The notes under the pieces: model-generated
What the model was told of the DNA's origin: nothing
Databases searched by the model: none
What the model saw: the letters and a program-made list of their open reading frames with translations, nothing else
Shown here: one piece after another, positions 1 to 6,915 of the stretch
How positions within the stretch are numbered: the first letter of the stretch is position 1
Layout: the number at the start of each line of letters is the position of its first letter
Source of the DNA: a virus
Taxonomy: Duplodnaviria > Caudoviricetes
Length of the DNA stretch: 43,591 nt
Virus record (IMG/VR): IMGVR_UViG_3300028588_000038
Location: 1 to 43,591 of that record
Reading direction: 5' to 3' (one strand)
Made by a program: the position numbers and the translations under genes

Positions 1-179
1 GTCCTTACCGAGGGCCATGTTGCGAAGTTACAACATACCCCCCTGGCGACTTGCCTAAAATTTAATCTGATTAAATTTTAAGCGCCTATTTTTTAATCAG
101 TTTGGAACTTTATACCACGAAATCAAACTATCGAGACAGATTCCACTTTTGCCAGAGCGAGCGATTGTAAGAACTCACC

Positions 180-374
180 CTAATCTGATCCGAAATCGGT
201 TGGATCTCGCATTCCAACATGGGGAGGCGGCGGTGGAGGCACGTACAGGCTATCTCGAACTCGCTGGAACTCTTCCTCTTGCTTTCGTACTGCCTTGAAA
301 GCAGAGGCTCGGCCCATTAGCCAGCCACCTAGCCATAGAAGGATGGCGCCAATGACAAGAAGGAGATCGTTCAT
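180..374 (-). CDS. Small membrane protein with Pro-rich C-terminus
   Basis: N-terminal hydrophobic helix; ATGA overlap with the upstream ORF; AAGGAG RBS. Confidence 0.7.
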   Translation of the reverse strand: MNDLLLVIGAILLWLGGWLMGRASAFKAVRKQEEEFQRVRDSLYVPPPPPPHVGMRDPTDFGSD

Positions 375-532
375 TGCTTGCTCTCCTTAGCCTGACTTGG
401 ATTGCATAGTGCAATCACACCCTTTGCTGTGAACGGATGAGGGAATGGACGACCATCATCGTAGTAGTACTCACCGTCAGCGCCCATATAAAAGCCACTC
501 GGCTCCTGCTTATCTTGGCTCTTGTCGGTCAT
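371..532 (-). CDS. Hypothetical 53-aa protein (MTDKSQDKQEPSGFYMGADGEYYYDDGRPFPH...)
   Basis: Read manually; below the ORF-track cutoff. Fills the gap with 4-nt overlaps to both neighbours. Confidence 0.6.
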   Translation of the reverse strand: MTDKSQDKQEPSGFYMGADGEYYYDDGRPFPHPFTAKGVIALCNPSQAKESKQ

Positions 533-1068
533 AACTTTGCCTTCTGCTTCTGCTCATCGGTGAGCATGGCCCATTGGATCAGGTGCCGTCGGAGGATGAA
601 GTCAGAGTCGCTTGCGAATTGGCGCTGAGCCGGCGAGCACTCTTCATCATTCACCCACACAGCATCCATGTTCGTTGGCTCTGGTTCCTCTGGCGTGTCA
701 AGGTGGACTACCTGGCGAGCGCCGGCGCCTTCCGTTGGTGGGGCCTGTTCAGCATCGCCGCCCATAGCCATGAAGCGAGCAAAGGAGCCATAGCGGCTCT
801 TCTCGGCAGGACTGAGCGCGTTGTAAGCCTGGCGCATTTCTTCGGGCGCAGGGTATGGAACTGCAGACAGATCGATCTCTGGCTCGGCTACGGACTCCTC
901 ACGCATCACCTTCATGCGCTGAGTGATGCCCTCGATATCATCGATCGACAGTGGGATCTCAAAGACCATCACCAGCTCACCGCTATCAGTGAAGCATTCC
1001 TTCTTGCGAATGCTGGTATCGGCTAAGCCGAAGTAGGATGCGGCCGCATCGAGGAAAGCGGCGCTCAT
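529..1068 (-). CDS. Hypothetical phage protein
   Basis: 179-aa ORF translationally coupled to its neighbours. Confidence 0.75.
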   Translation of the reverse strand: MSAAFLDAAASYFGLADTSIRKKECFTDSGELVMVFEIPLSIDDIEGITQRMKVMREESVAEPEIDLSAVPYPAPEEMRQAYNALSPAEKSRYGSFARFMAMGGDAEQAPPTEGAGARQVVHLDTPEEPEPTNMDAVWVNDEECSPAQRQFASDSDFILRRHLIQWAMLTDEQKQKAKL

Positions 1069-1355
1069 TGATGTGCCCCATTATGTATTTCGCTTTCCAG
1101 ATCCCATAACACGACCAGTTCTTCGTGACTCATCGTCTGGAAGACTTCCGTGCTCTCAAGCTCCCACATATGCTTTACATCTTCTTTTTGAACAGCTGTC
1201 ATGTACTTCTTCAGCAGTTCTTTATAATCCACTGCTTCATCAAGCATTTCGAGCTTCTTCATATGGGAGCGATGCTCAAGATCGTCGTATTCCATTTTGA
1301 TTTCCTTGGGAGGGATAAGAGACTTCAGGTTATCACGTACTGTTCTATGGGGCAA
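1065..1355 (-). CDS. Hypothetical protein (true start may be the ATG at 1295)
   Basis: In-operon ORF; AAGGAAA precedes the internal MEYDDL start. Confidence 0.6.
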   Translation of the reverse strand: MPHRTVRDNLKSLIPPKEIKMEYDDLEHRSHMKKLEMLDEAVDYKELLKKYMTAVQKEDVKHMWELESTEVFQTMSHEELVVLWDLESEIHNGAHQ

Positions 1356-2538
1356 TCACTGCAACACGGGCAGGGGCGCCCGACACATTTACCATTGCCG
1401 CCAGTAGAAGCTCTAGGCCAAGCACCGTTGCACTAGAACGCTGCACCAGACGAATGCTAAAGCCGGTGGTGCTTGCAGATACCTTGATCCATACTTGATT
1501 GCCGGCCAGCGGTGGCTCTGGTTGAATCGTAGGTATAGCGGCGAATGGCGTGGCGAATGTCACCGTGTACAGGCCGTTTGCATCGGTAGTTCCGATATAG
1601 GTCTCAATACGTTTAACTGCGGTTGCGTCAGCCTTGGATGCGAGTGCGGCAGACAGCGCGGCATTGGTAACTACATCTGGCTTGCCAGTGAGGCTAGCCC
1701 ACGTGCCATCGAACAGAGTAGGCTTTCCCGTAAGATCTGCATATGCGCCACTGAAGAAAGTGGGCTTACCGCTTACTTGCGCCCAAGTAGAGGGATAAGC
1801 AGAGGGCTTGTCTGCAAGGTCGTTGAAAGATCCCGAGAACAGGCTAGGCTTGTTAATCAGGTCCGAATAGCTGCCACTGAAAAGCGCCGGCTTGTTTGCG
1901 ACCTGCGCCCACGTAGTCGCATAGGTTGCAGGCTTGTTCGTCAGCGAGTCCCATGTGCCATCAAATAATGCCGGCTTACCACTGAGCGATTGCCAAGTGC
2001 CGTCAAATAGCGATGGCTTGTTCGTAAGATCGGCGTAGCTACCCGAAAAGAAGCTCGGTTTATTTGCTACCTGGCTCCAAGTCGTCGGGAAATTCGATGG
2101 CTTGCCCGTTATCGAATCCCACTTCCCGTCAAAAAGCACCGGCAGGCCGCTTAAATCGGCGTATGAGCCAGTAAACTGCGGGGGCGCATTCTTCAGGTCT
2201 GCATAATCGCCCGATGCTGCCACGGCGCTCATAGAAGGCTTGCCAGTAAGCGAACTGTACTTGCCGTCGAATAGCACCGGCACATCAGTCAAATCTCCGT
2301 ACGAACCACTAAATAAACTAGGCTTGTCAGTGATTTGCTGCCACGTGGTTGGGAACGTCGCAGGCTTGCCCATCACCTTATCCCAGGTAGTTTCACCTGG
2401 TGACATCGTGTTTGTCTCGGTCAGTGTCAGCGCCTTATCTGGCGTCACAACGGCAACGGTCTTACCGGCATTGTTCTTGTTGTAGATCGGCAGGCGGTTC
2501 CAAATACGCTTAAAATTCGACAGTGCTTCGGGAGTCAT
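1345..2538 (-). CDS. Fibre-like protein with 17 tandem ~14-aa repeats and a C-terminal beta-rich domain
   Basis: Repeats of TTWxQVxxKP / FSGSYxDLxxKP / FDGTWxSLxGKP, like the SGSYNDLTNKP repeats of phage fibres. C-terminal GLYTVTFATPF motif resembles fibre-tip domains. Confidence 0.7.
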   Translation of the reverse strand: MTPEALSNFKRIWNRLPIYNKNNAGKTVAVVTPDKALTLTETNTMSPGETTWDKVMGKPATFPTTWQQITDKPSLFSGSYGDLTDVPVLFDGKYSSLTGKPSMSAVAASGDYADLKNAPPQFTGSYADLSGLPVLFDGKWDSITGKPSNFPTTWSQVANKPSFFSGSYADLTNKPSLFDGTWQSLSGKPALFDGTWDSLTNKPATYATTWAQVANKPALFSGSYSDLINKPSLFSGSFNDLADKPSAYPSTWAQVSGKPTFFSGAYADLTGKPTLFDGTWASLTGKPDVVTNAALSAALASKADATAVKRIETYIGTTDANGLYTVTFATPFAAIPTIQPEPPLAGNQVWIKVSASTTGFSIRLVQRSSATVLGLELLLAAMVNVSGAPARVAVIAP

Positions 2539-2861
2539 GGAGCCTCCAGCGAGCTAACGAGGAACCACGCCGATTCCGCTTGCAGAAGGCCGTTTTCCCA
2601 CGTCGAGGTTTGGCGCACGAATCGCCCCGACTTATCAGGACCGAAAGTGGCCGAAATCATATTGCCGTCTGCATCGTACTTGTAGCGCGATGGCATCGAG
2701 TTCGTGTCAAAGGTGTATTCCCCGCTTTGATCCGTCACAAGGCCCGAACCTGAAGCCGGCGCGAAACGGTCGGCATAACTGCCATCAGCAAGCTTGACCA
2801 TAGCACGCGTCTTGCCTTGGCCTATGCCAAATAGAATTTTGTCGGGATTGTCGTCTGCCAT
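2535..2861 (-). CDS. Hypothetical protein with one YD-like motif (YKYDADGN)
   Basis: GAGGA RBS; ATGA-coupled to the repeat fibre gene. Confidence 0.7.
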   Translation of the reverse strand: MADDNPDKILFGIGQGKTRAMVKLADGSYADRFAPASGSGLVTDQSGEYTFDTNSMPSRYKYDADGNMISATFGPDKSGRFVRQTSTWENGLLQAESAWFLVSSLEAP

Positions 2862-2902
2862 GGCTTGTCCTCAAGGGGTTGCGATTGAGGGAGGGATACT
2901 CC

Positions 2903-2931
2903 ATTGTAAGGCAGTCAACGATATTTCGGAA
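2903..2931 (-). promoter_or_regulatory. Candidate leftward (late) promoter TTCCGA-17-TACAAT
   Basis: Good -10 and weak -35 that overlaps the palindrome CGGAA-cagc-TTCCG (2927-2940). Confidence 0.4.
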
Positions 2932-2948
2932 CAGCTTCCGGCGAATCG

Positions 2949-2957
2949 TGCTATATT
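2949..2957 (+). promoter_or_regulatory. Extended -10 promoter (TGcTATATT) for a small RNA
   Basis: TGn + TATATT ~7 nt upstream of a short unit ending in a + strand terminator. Confidence 0.5.
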
Positions 2958-2962
2958 CTCGC

Positions 2963-3024
2963 CATCCTTTCTTCACATCTCCCTGTGATGTAATTAGACC
3001 CTCTCCGCGAGGGTCTTTTTTTTT
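2963..3024 (+). ncRNA. Putative two-hairpin anti-Shine-Dalgarno sRNA (resembles the betaproteobacterial 'toxic small RNA' architecture)
   Basis: Hairpin ACATC-TCCCTGT-GATGT followed by terminator AGACCCTC-tccgc-GAGGGTCT-T8. No ORF; oriented opposite to the flanking genes. Confidence 0.6.
2996..3024 (+). terminator. Rho-independent terminator
   Basis: 8-bp stem, 5-nt loop, T8 tail. Confidence 0.8.
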
Positions 3025-3032
3025 CCTATAGC

Positions 3033-3062
3033 CTACGCACCGCCAATGCCTTCGTTTTTCAT
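3033..3062 (-). CDS. Possible 9-aa minigene MKNEGIGGA
   Basis: TAAGGAG 6 nt upstream of the ATG. Confidence 0.3.
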   Translation of the reverse strand: MKNEGIGGA

Positions 3063-3179
3063 GGCTATCTCCTTATCGTTTCTTTTGTCACCTGCCTATG
3101 GGCGGCGGGCAGGCGCCAGATTGGCTTTTATTGGCCGTTTACTGGATAACGCCGTTGCGACCTGATGTCGCGCATTACT

Positions 3180-3503
3180 CTATTCGATGGGCCAGCCATC
3201 CGGCCCGATCTGCGGCTTCGGAGCGTGCTTCTTCTTGCCCTGCTCCTCTTCAGTCTTCACGGCATGGCATGGATCGCAGATGCACTGGCAGTTCGCCTCT
3301 GACTCGGTGCGCTCCTTGCTCCAACCTAACTGCTTTGCGCGTGCGCGGCTAGTGATGTGGTCGACCGCCTGGAAGCGAGTCACGCGGCCTTGCTTTAGGC
3401 AGGGCTGGCACAGGCCTTTGTCGCGCTCGATGACCTTCTTGCGCAGCTTCTCCCAGGCGGCTCCGTAGCCGCGCTCTTGGCGTGTTTTAGGTCCCCAGGG
3501 CAT
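3180..3503 (-). CDS. HNH endonuclease, HK97 gp74-like terminase cofactor
   Basis: RGYGAAWEKLR...RDKGLCQPC...VDHI...NCQCICDPCHAVKT...IGPDGWP is the typical cos-phage HNH pattern. Confidence 0.9.
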   Translation of the reverse strand: MPWGPKTRQERGYGAAWEKLRKKVIERDKGLCQPCLKQGRVTRFQAVDHITSRARAKQLGWSKERTESEANCQCICDPCHAVKTEEEQGKKKHAPKPQIGPDGWPIE

Positions 3504-3600
3504 TTAGCATAATCCGTGAGATCGTTTCGACCATCAAAACCGCTACGGCCAATGCCACCGCAACCATGCAGCCGATGAGCAAAATCACAACGACTCGCAT
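3487..3600 (-). CDS. 37-aa single-pass membrane peptide
   Basis: TAATG overlap with imm; hydrophobic MRVVVILLIGCMVAVALAVAVLM. Confidence 0.5.
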   Translation of the reverse strand: MRVVVILLIGCMVAVALAVAVLMVETISRIMLNALGT

Positions 3601-3779
3601 TACGCCACCTTCTCTTCGTTCGACCGAATAGCCAAGTAAAGCGCCACGACCCACAGAATCATGGTCCAGCCGCCAAAAAGATTGATGACGAACACGCCAC
3701 CACGACGCCCCTTGCGCGCAATCCAAGTTGGCGCAAAGTAAGCGATGAAAATAAGTGCTGCGTAGATAAATGGTTCCAT
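3600..3779 (-). CDS. imm: Superinfection immunity protein, T4 Imm family (59 aa; absent from ORF track)
   Basis: MEPFIYAALIFIAYFAPTWIARKGRRGGVFVINLFGGWTMILWVVALYLAIRS matches the YFxPTxIA...NLFxGWT..W..AL signature; ACAGGGAGA RBS. Confidence 0.85.
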   Translation of the reverse strand: MEPFIYAALIFIAYFAPTWIARKGRRGGVFVINLFGGWTMILWVVALYLAIRSNEEKVA

Positions 3780-3796
3780 TCTTCTCTCCCTGTCGG

Positions 3797-3868
3797 TTAT
3801 TTCTTCTTGCCAGTGACCACGAGGATCACCAGCACTATGGTTACGATAACAATCCCTGCTTCAATCAC
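3797..3868 (-). CDS. 23-aa hydrophobic peptide MIEAGIVIVTIVLVILVVTGKKK
   Basis: GTG start with AAGGA RBS; one TM helix with a basic tail; fills the gap. Confidence 0.4.
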   Translation of the reverse strand: MIEAGIVIVTIVLVILVVTGKKK

Positions 3869-4118
3869 GCTGACGGTCCTTTCGCAGACCCAATGCAAGC
3901 CGTGCTTCTTCGCTGGTGAACTTGTGCGCCTTGCCCAAAGCATGCGTAGCCTTTCCGCCACGCGACGCAATATCTTTCCGCATCTCTGGTGATGCAGCCT
4001 TGAAGAACGGAACCTTGCCGTTTGCGTGCGCTGCCTTGCCGCCCATCGACGCTATCTCTTTGCGACGCTCTGGTGAGAGCGCAGCCATACCGCGAGGCTT
4101 CTTTACTGGTTCATTCAT
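3861..4118 (-). CDS. KGG-repeat (stress-induced, YciG/Con-10-like) protein
   Basis: RGMAALSPERRKEIASMGGKA and SPEMRKDIASRGGKA repeats; AHKFTSEEAR; AGGAG RBS. Confidence 0.85.
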   Translation of the reverse strand: MNEPVKKPRGMAALSPERRKEIASMGGKAAHANGKVPFFKAASPEMRKDIASRGGKATHALGKAHKFTSEEARLALGLRKDRQRD

Positions 4119-4149
4119 CCATGCTCCTGTGCGTGTTTCGATGTACTCC

Positions 4150-4178
4150 ACAATAACAATAACACGCACAGGATGCAA
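4150..4178 (-). promoter_or_regulatory. sigma70-like promoter TTGCAT-17-TATTGT
   Basis: Spacing of 17 nt; overlaps one arm of a 13-bp inverted repeat whose other arm covers the KGG RBS. Confidence 0.55.
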
Positions 4179-4181
4179 GCA

Positions 4182-4355
4182 CTATTGCTCGCTATTTCGC
4201 GCCTCACTCACTTTCCGCACACGCGCCCTTCGATCCTTCCCGCGCCTGCGGTCTTCTTGCGCGCCTCTGCTAATCATGCGGCCAGTCAGCCAGCCTAAAA
4301 GCAAAGATGCTGCAAGCCATGCTAGTGCGTAGTCTGTCCAGGTATCGAAGTGCAT
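4182..4355 (-). CDS. 57-aa membrane protein with basic tail
   Basis: Read manually: MHFDTWTDYALAWLAASLLLGWLTGRMISRG... Confidence 0.55.
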   Translation of the reverse strand: MHFDTWTDYALAWLAASLLLGWLTGRMISRGAQEDRRRGKDRRARVRKVSEARNSEQ

Positions 4356-4372
4356 GTGCGGTCTCCGGGGCG

Positions 4373-4591
4373 TTATGAGGTAGCGAACATCGGGTTCAAT
4401 GCAGTAACCCAGTATCCCGCCGCATTCTTGTCCATCTTCTTGGCGCGCATTTCCTGCTCAGTCATACACCGCCTATCAACGCCAAAATCGCCATGCCGAT
4501 GCTTTTCAAACGCAGCGCTGCTGTTGAACAACTCGTTGCAACCTGTGCATTGATTTCGGTCGCCTGAAACTTTAGCTTTTTCGCGCTTCAT
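4373..4591 (-). CDS. Phage zinc-binding protein (FDxHR-like)
   Basis: CTGC...FNSSAAFEKHR...RRC...W pattern; AGGAG RBS. Confidence 0.7.
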   Translation of the reverse strand: MKREKAKVSGDRNQCTGCNELFNSSAAFEKHRHGDFGVDRRCMTEQEMRAKKMDKNAAGYWVTALNPMFATS

Positions 4592-4604
4592 TCTCTTCTC
4601 CTAG

Positions 4605-5555
4605 TTATTGTGAGAGCTGCTTGATAGTGTCCCGCACATCTTGCATGCCAACTAGCGTCACGCCAGCCCCACGCCGATATACAAGCTTTGCCTTCTCTGG
4701 ATCGCCATACAGCACGGCTGGCAGAATTGGGCGACCGTTTGCGCTGTTGTGCGCGTTAGCCTGCCCTGTAAGCCGTGCTGGATATTCGGTCACTGCTCCG
4801 CGCTGTGCATAGGCGCGGTAACGCTGCTGGAACTCCTTTGCAACGAACGGCCACTCCTTGTCATCCTTGCTACCTACAAGGATCCAGCCGCCCATATCAG
4901 CTAACACGCGATGAATCGTGGCGTCATCAAAGATCACATCGTCCCAAGTCCCACGGACACGAACGGCTTGATCTACCTTACTCCACGCGATCTGTGAGCG
5001 GTCATCCGTACCGCCGTCGATCATCTTGATAATGTCGCTGTTGCGCGGCATCCAGCGGCCTGCTTCATCCGGCAACTGAGTGTGAGCCCAGCACGCTTTT
5101 TCGATTGCCTCATAGCTGTACTGGCGCAGGCCAGCCCAATAGATCGACAGCATCGAGCGCGACAGTTCGGACTTGTAGTAATCGGCCATGTGCGTGAGCA
5201 GGGTAGCGAAACGCTTTTTCTGCTCTAGCGTGTCGTCCATCGGTTCATCGCCAATCCACTGCTTTGCGTTCTCTGCGGTTGCATTGCCGTGCTTTCCAAG
5301 CTGCGGCAGGCCGGGAGCAGCCGATACGCGCTTGCCGTCTTCTTTCGGCACGTAAAGGTCGGTGTATCCATTCACCGTTGAGTTGTCGAGGATTGCCCCT
5401 ACGTCATGACCAGCATCGCGAAACTTTTCCAGATCCTTGATACGCAGTTCCATGGCGCGCAATGTCATCTTCGTCTTTGGCGACCTTGCGCGCATCTCTA
5501 CGTAGCCAGCCCAGGCTTCAGCGGGAATCCAATCCGGCAACGAGAACGCTATCAT
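4605..5555 (-). CDS. Replication protein: initiator C-terminal-like domain fused to a DUF6475-like domain
   Basis: N-terminal LPDWIPAEAWAGYVEMR...ILDNSTVNGYTDLY resembles phage initiator C-termini; AWSKVDQAVRVRGTWDDVIFDDATIHRVLADMGGW resembles DUF6475. Confidence 0.7.
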   Translation of the reverse strand: MIAFSLPDWIPAEAWAGYVEMRARSPKTKMTLRAMELRIKDLEKFRDAGHDVGAILDNSTVNGYTDLYVPKEDGKRVSAAPGLPQLGKHGNATAENAKQWIGDEPMDDTLEQKKRFATLLTHMADYYKSELSRSMLSIYWAGLRQYSYEAIEKACWAHTQLPDEAGRWMPRNSDIIKMIDGGTDDRSQIAWSKVDQAVRVRGTWDDVIFDDATIHRVLADMGGWILVGSKDDKEWPFVAKEFQQRYRAYAQRGAVTEYPARLTGQANAHNSANGRPILPAVLYGDPEKAKLVYRRGAGVTLVGMQDVRDTIKQLSQ

Positions 5556-6409
5556 GGTTGCACTCCTGCTGCCGAGCCAATGAACTGCACACGATACTTC
5601 CCGTGCTTATCTTGATGCTCCTGCGCACAGTATCTACGCATTGCCCCCTCGTGCATTTCTCCTGGCAGCATGTCAATCGCAGTACCCATCACCCCACCTT
5701 TCCACGAGCCTTTTTCAGTGCCAACTTCGGCACTAAAACTAATATCGAGACGCCGACGAATCTTCGACTTGCGGAACATGCTAAGCCATTTGAACCATCC
5801 CTCACCGAACCGCCATTCTCGCTCATCAATGCGAGTCGTGGCGATAACATCAGCGCCATCGTAGTCGCGAATAATGAAAGAAGCCGCTGGACATGCCTTA
5901 GACGCTTTGTACTGATCGGTGAAAGCGGTCATACCCCGAATGTCGTTGCGCTGCCTCTTCTCCCAAAACAAATTGCCATCCAGATCATAAAGGCTGTAAC
6001 GAACATGCCGCCACTGCGTCCAGGGCAGATGCTTGCACCACATTTTTCTAGTTTTACTGGAATCTGTCTGAATACCATGAAAAATCTGAAGAAAACCTTC
6101 GCCGTACTGAAAACCGTACTCCTTGCCAATCTCCTTCCAGTAACCACCTTCAGGCTTCGACCAAGCATACATAGAAGTATCATTCCATTCGCGCCCCGGC
6201 TTGAGCACTCCCGGCGCCTCCATTATCAGGGTCCACTTGTACAGATAGAATCGAACATGGCACTTATCACCATCCTCGCCCGAATCCAGAATGACGCCAA
6301 TCATTCGGGTCGAACTGTCGTCACGCGAGCTAAAGGTGAACGGCCCAAAGTGTTGATCGTTACTGCTCCAGCGCCTTTTTGTAGTTTTGAACCACGAGGA
6401 ATTGAACAT
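5552..6409 (-). CDS. Hypothetical Trp-rich phage protein
   Basis: 285-aa ORF with GGAG RBS, coupled to the replication gene. Confidence 0.75.
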   Translation of the reverse strand: MFNSSWFKTTKRRWSSNDQHFGPFTFSSRDDSSTRMIGVILDSGEDGDKCHVRFYLYKWTLIMEAPGVLKPGREWNDTSMYAWSKPEGGYWKEIGKEYGFQYGEGFLQIFHGIQTDSSKTRKMWCKHLPWTQWRHVRYSLYDLDGNLFWEKRQRNDIRGMTAFTDQYKASKACPAASFIIRDYDGADVIATTRIDEREWRFGEGWFKWLSMFRKSKIRRRLDISFSAEVGTEKGSWKGGVMGTAIDMLPGEMHEGAMRRYCAQEHQDKHGKYRVQFIGSAAGVQP

Positions 6410-6720
6410 TTTTCTTCTCCGTTCTTCTGTTTGATTTGAGCATAAGACTAGCCAAGGGTTTGACCTACCCTCCAGCCACCCTAGATCAAGATTCCGACCT
6501 AGAACTACTGCTGCTATAAGCTACCGATTCAATTTCCAGAGCGCCCTTACGTGGGCTAACCGCCATTCGTCAAACTGTTGCTCTGTTCCTGGGATACCTC
6601 GGTAAAGTTCCACGCGCCGGCTAGTCAATAAGCGCAGACCATCAACTCCAAGCGGGTAGTCTTACTTCCCCTCTGCTATCGGGTGGAGTCCGGTCAATGT
6701 GGAAACTTGAGTCTGAAAAC

Positions 6721-6830
6721 AAAAAAGCCGCTGAGGTTTTCTGCATTCGGACTTGTGGAGGCAAGTAGGGCTTAACCCCTGAATGCAGAAACCTAAGCGG
6801 CTTCTAAACTCGTCAACGCCTCCACATCGA
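6721..6830 (-). ncRNA. C4-like antisense RNA/attenuator no. 1
   Basis: Long closing stem AAGCCGCT..AGGTTTCTGCATTC / GAATGCAGAAAACCT..AGCGGCTT with a U-tail. Two internal hairpins (loops GTTAAG and CCTCCA) are complementary to the upstream TGTGGAGGC-GTTGAC. Confidence 0.65.
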
Positions 6831-6838
6831 CAAAAGTA

Positions 6839-6867
6839 ATTGTAGAGATTACGGAACAATAGATCAA
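6839..6867 (-). promoter_or_regulatory. sigma70 promoter TTGATC-17-TACAAT
   Basis: Near-consensus hexamers with 17-nt spacing, immediately upstream of the structured RNA. Confidence 0.75.
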
Positions 6868-6915
6868 GCGAATTCACACATTTTTTCGATGGATTGGAAC
6901 TTTTTCTGCTGAGCG

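Noticed and set aside
1345-2538. CRISPR array or DGR suggested by periodic repeats
   Set aside because: Repeats are conserved at protein level with synonymous divergence; no spacers, cas genes or reverse transcriptase.
2785-2976. 63-aa minus-strand ORF, or a CsrA-type GGA hairpin, over the sRNA
   Set aside because: The GGGAG lies only 2 nt from the GTG, the ORF overlaps the next gene, and terminator polarity favours a plus-strand RNA. A CsrA/Rsm reading of ACAGGGA is not fully excluded.
5462-6439. 325-aa plus-strand ORF
   Set aside because: Antisense to the coupled minus-strand gene that has a good RBS.
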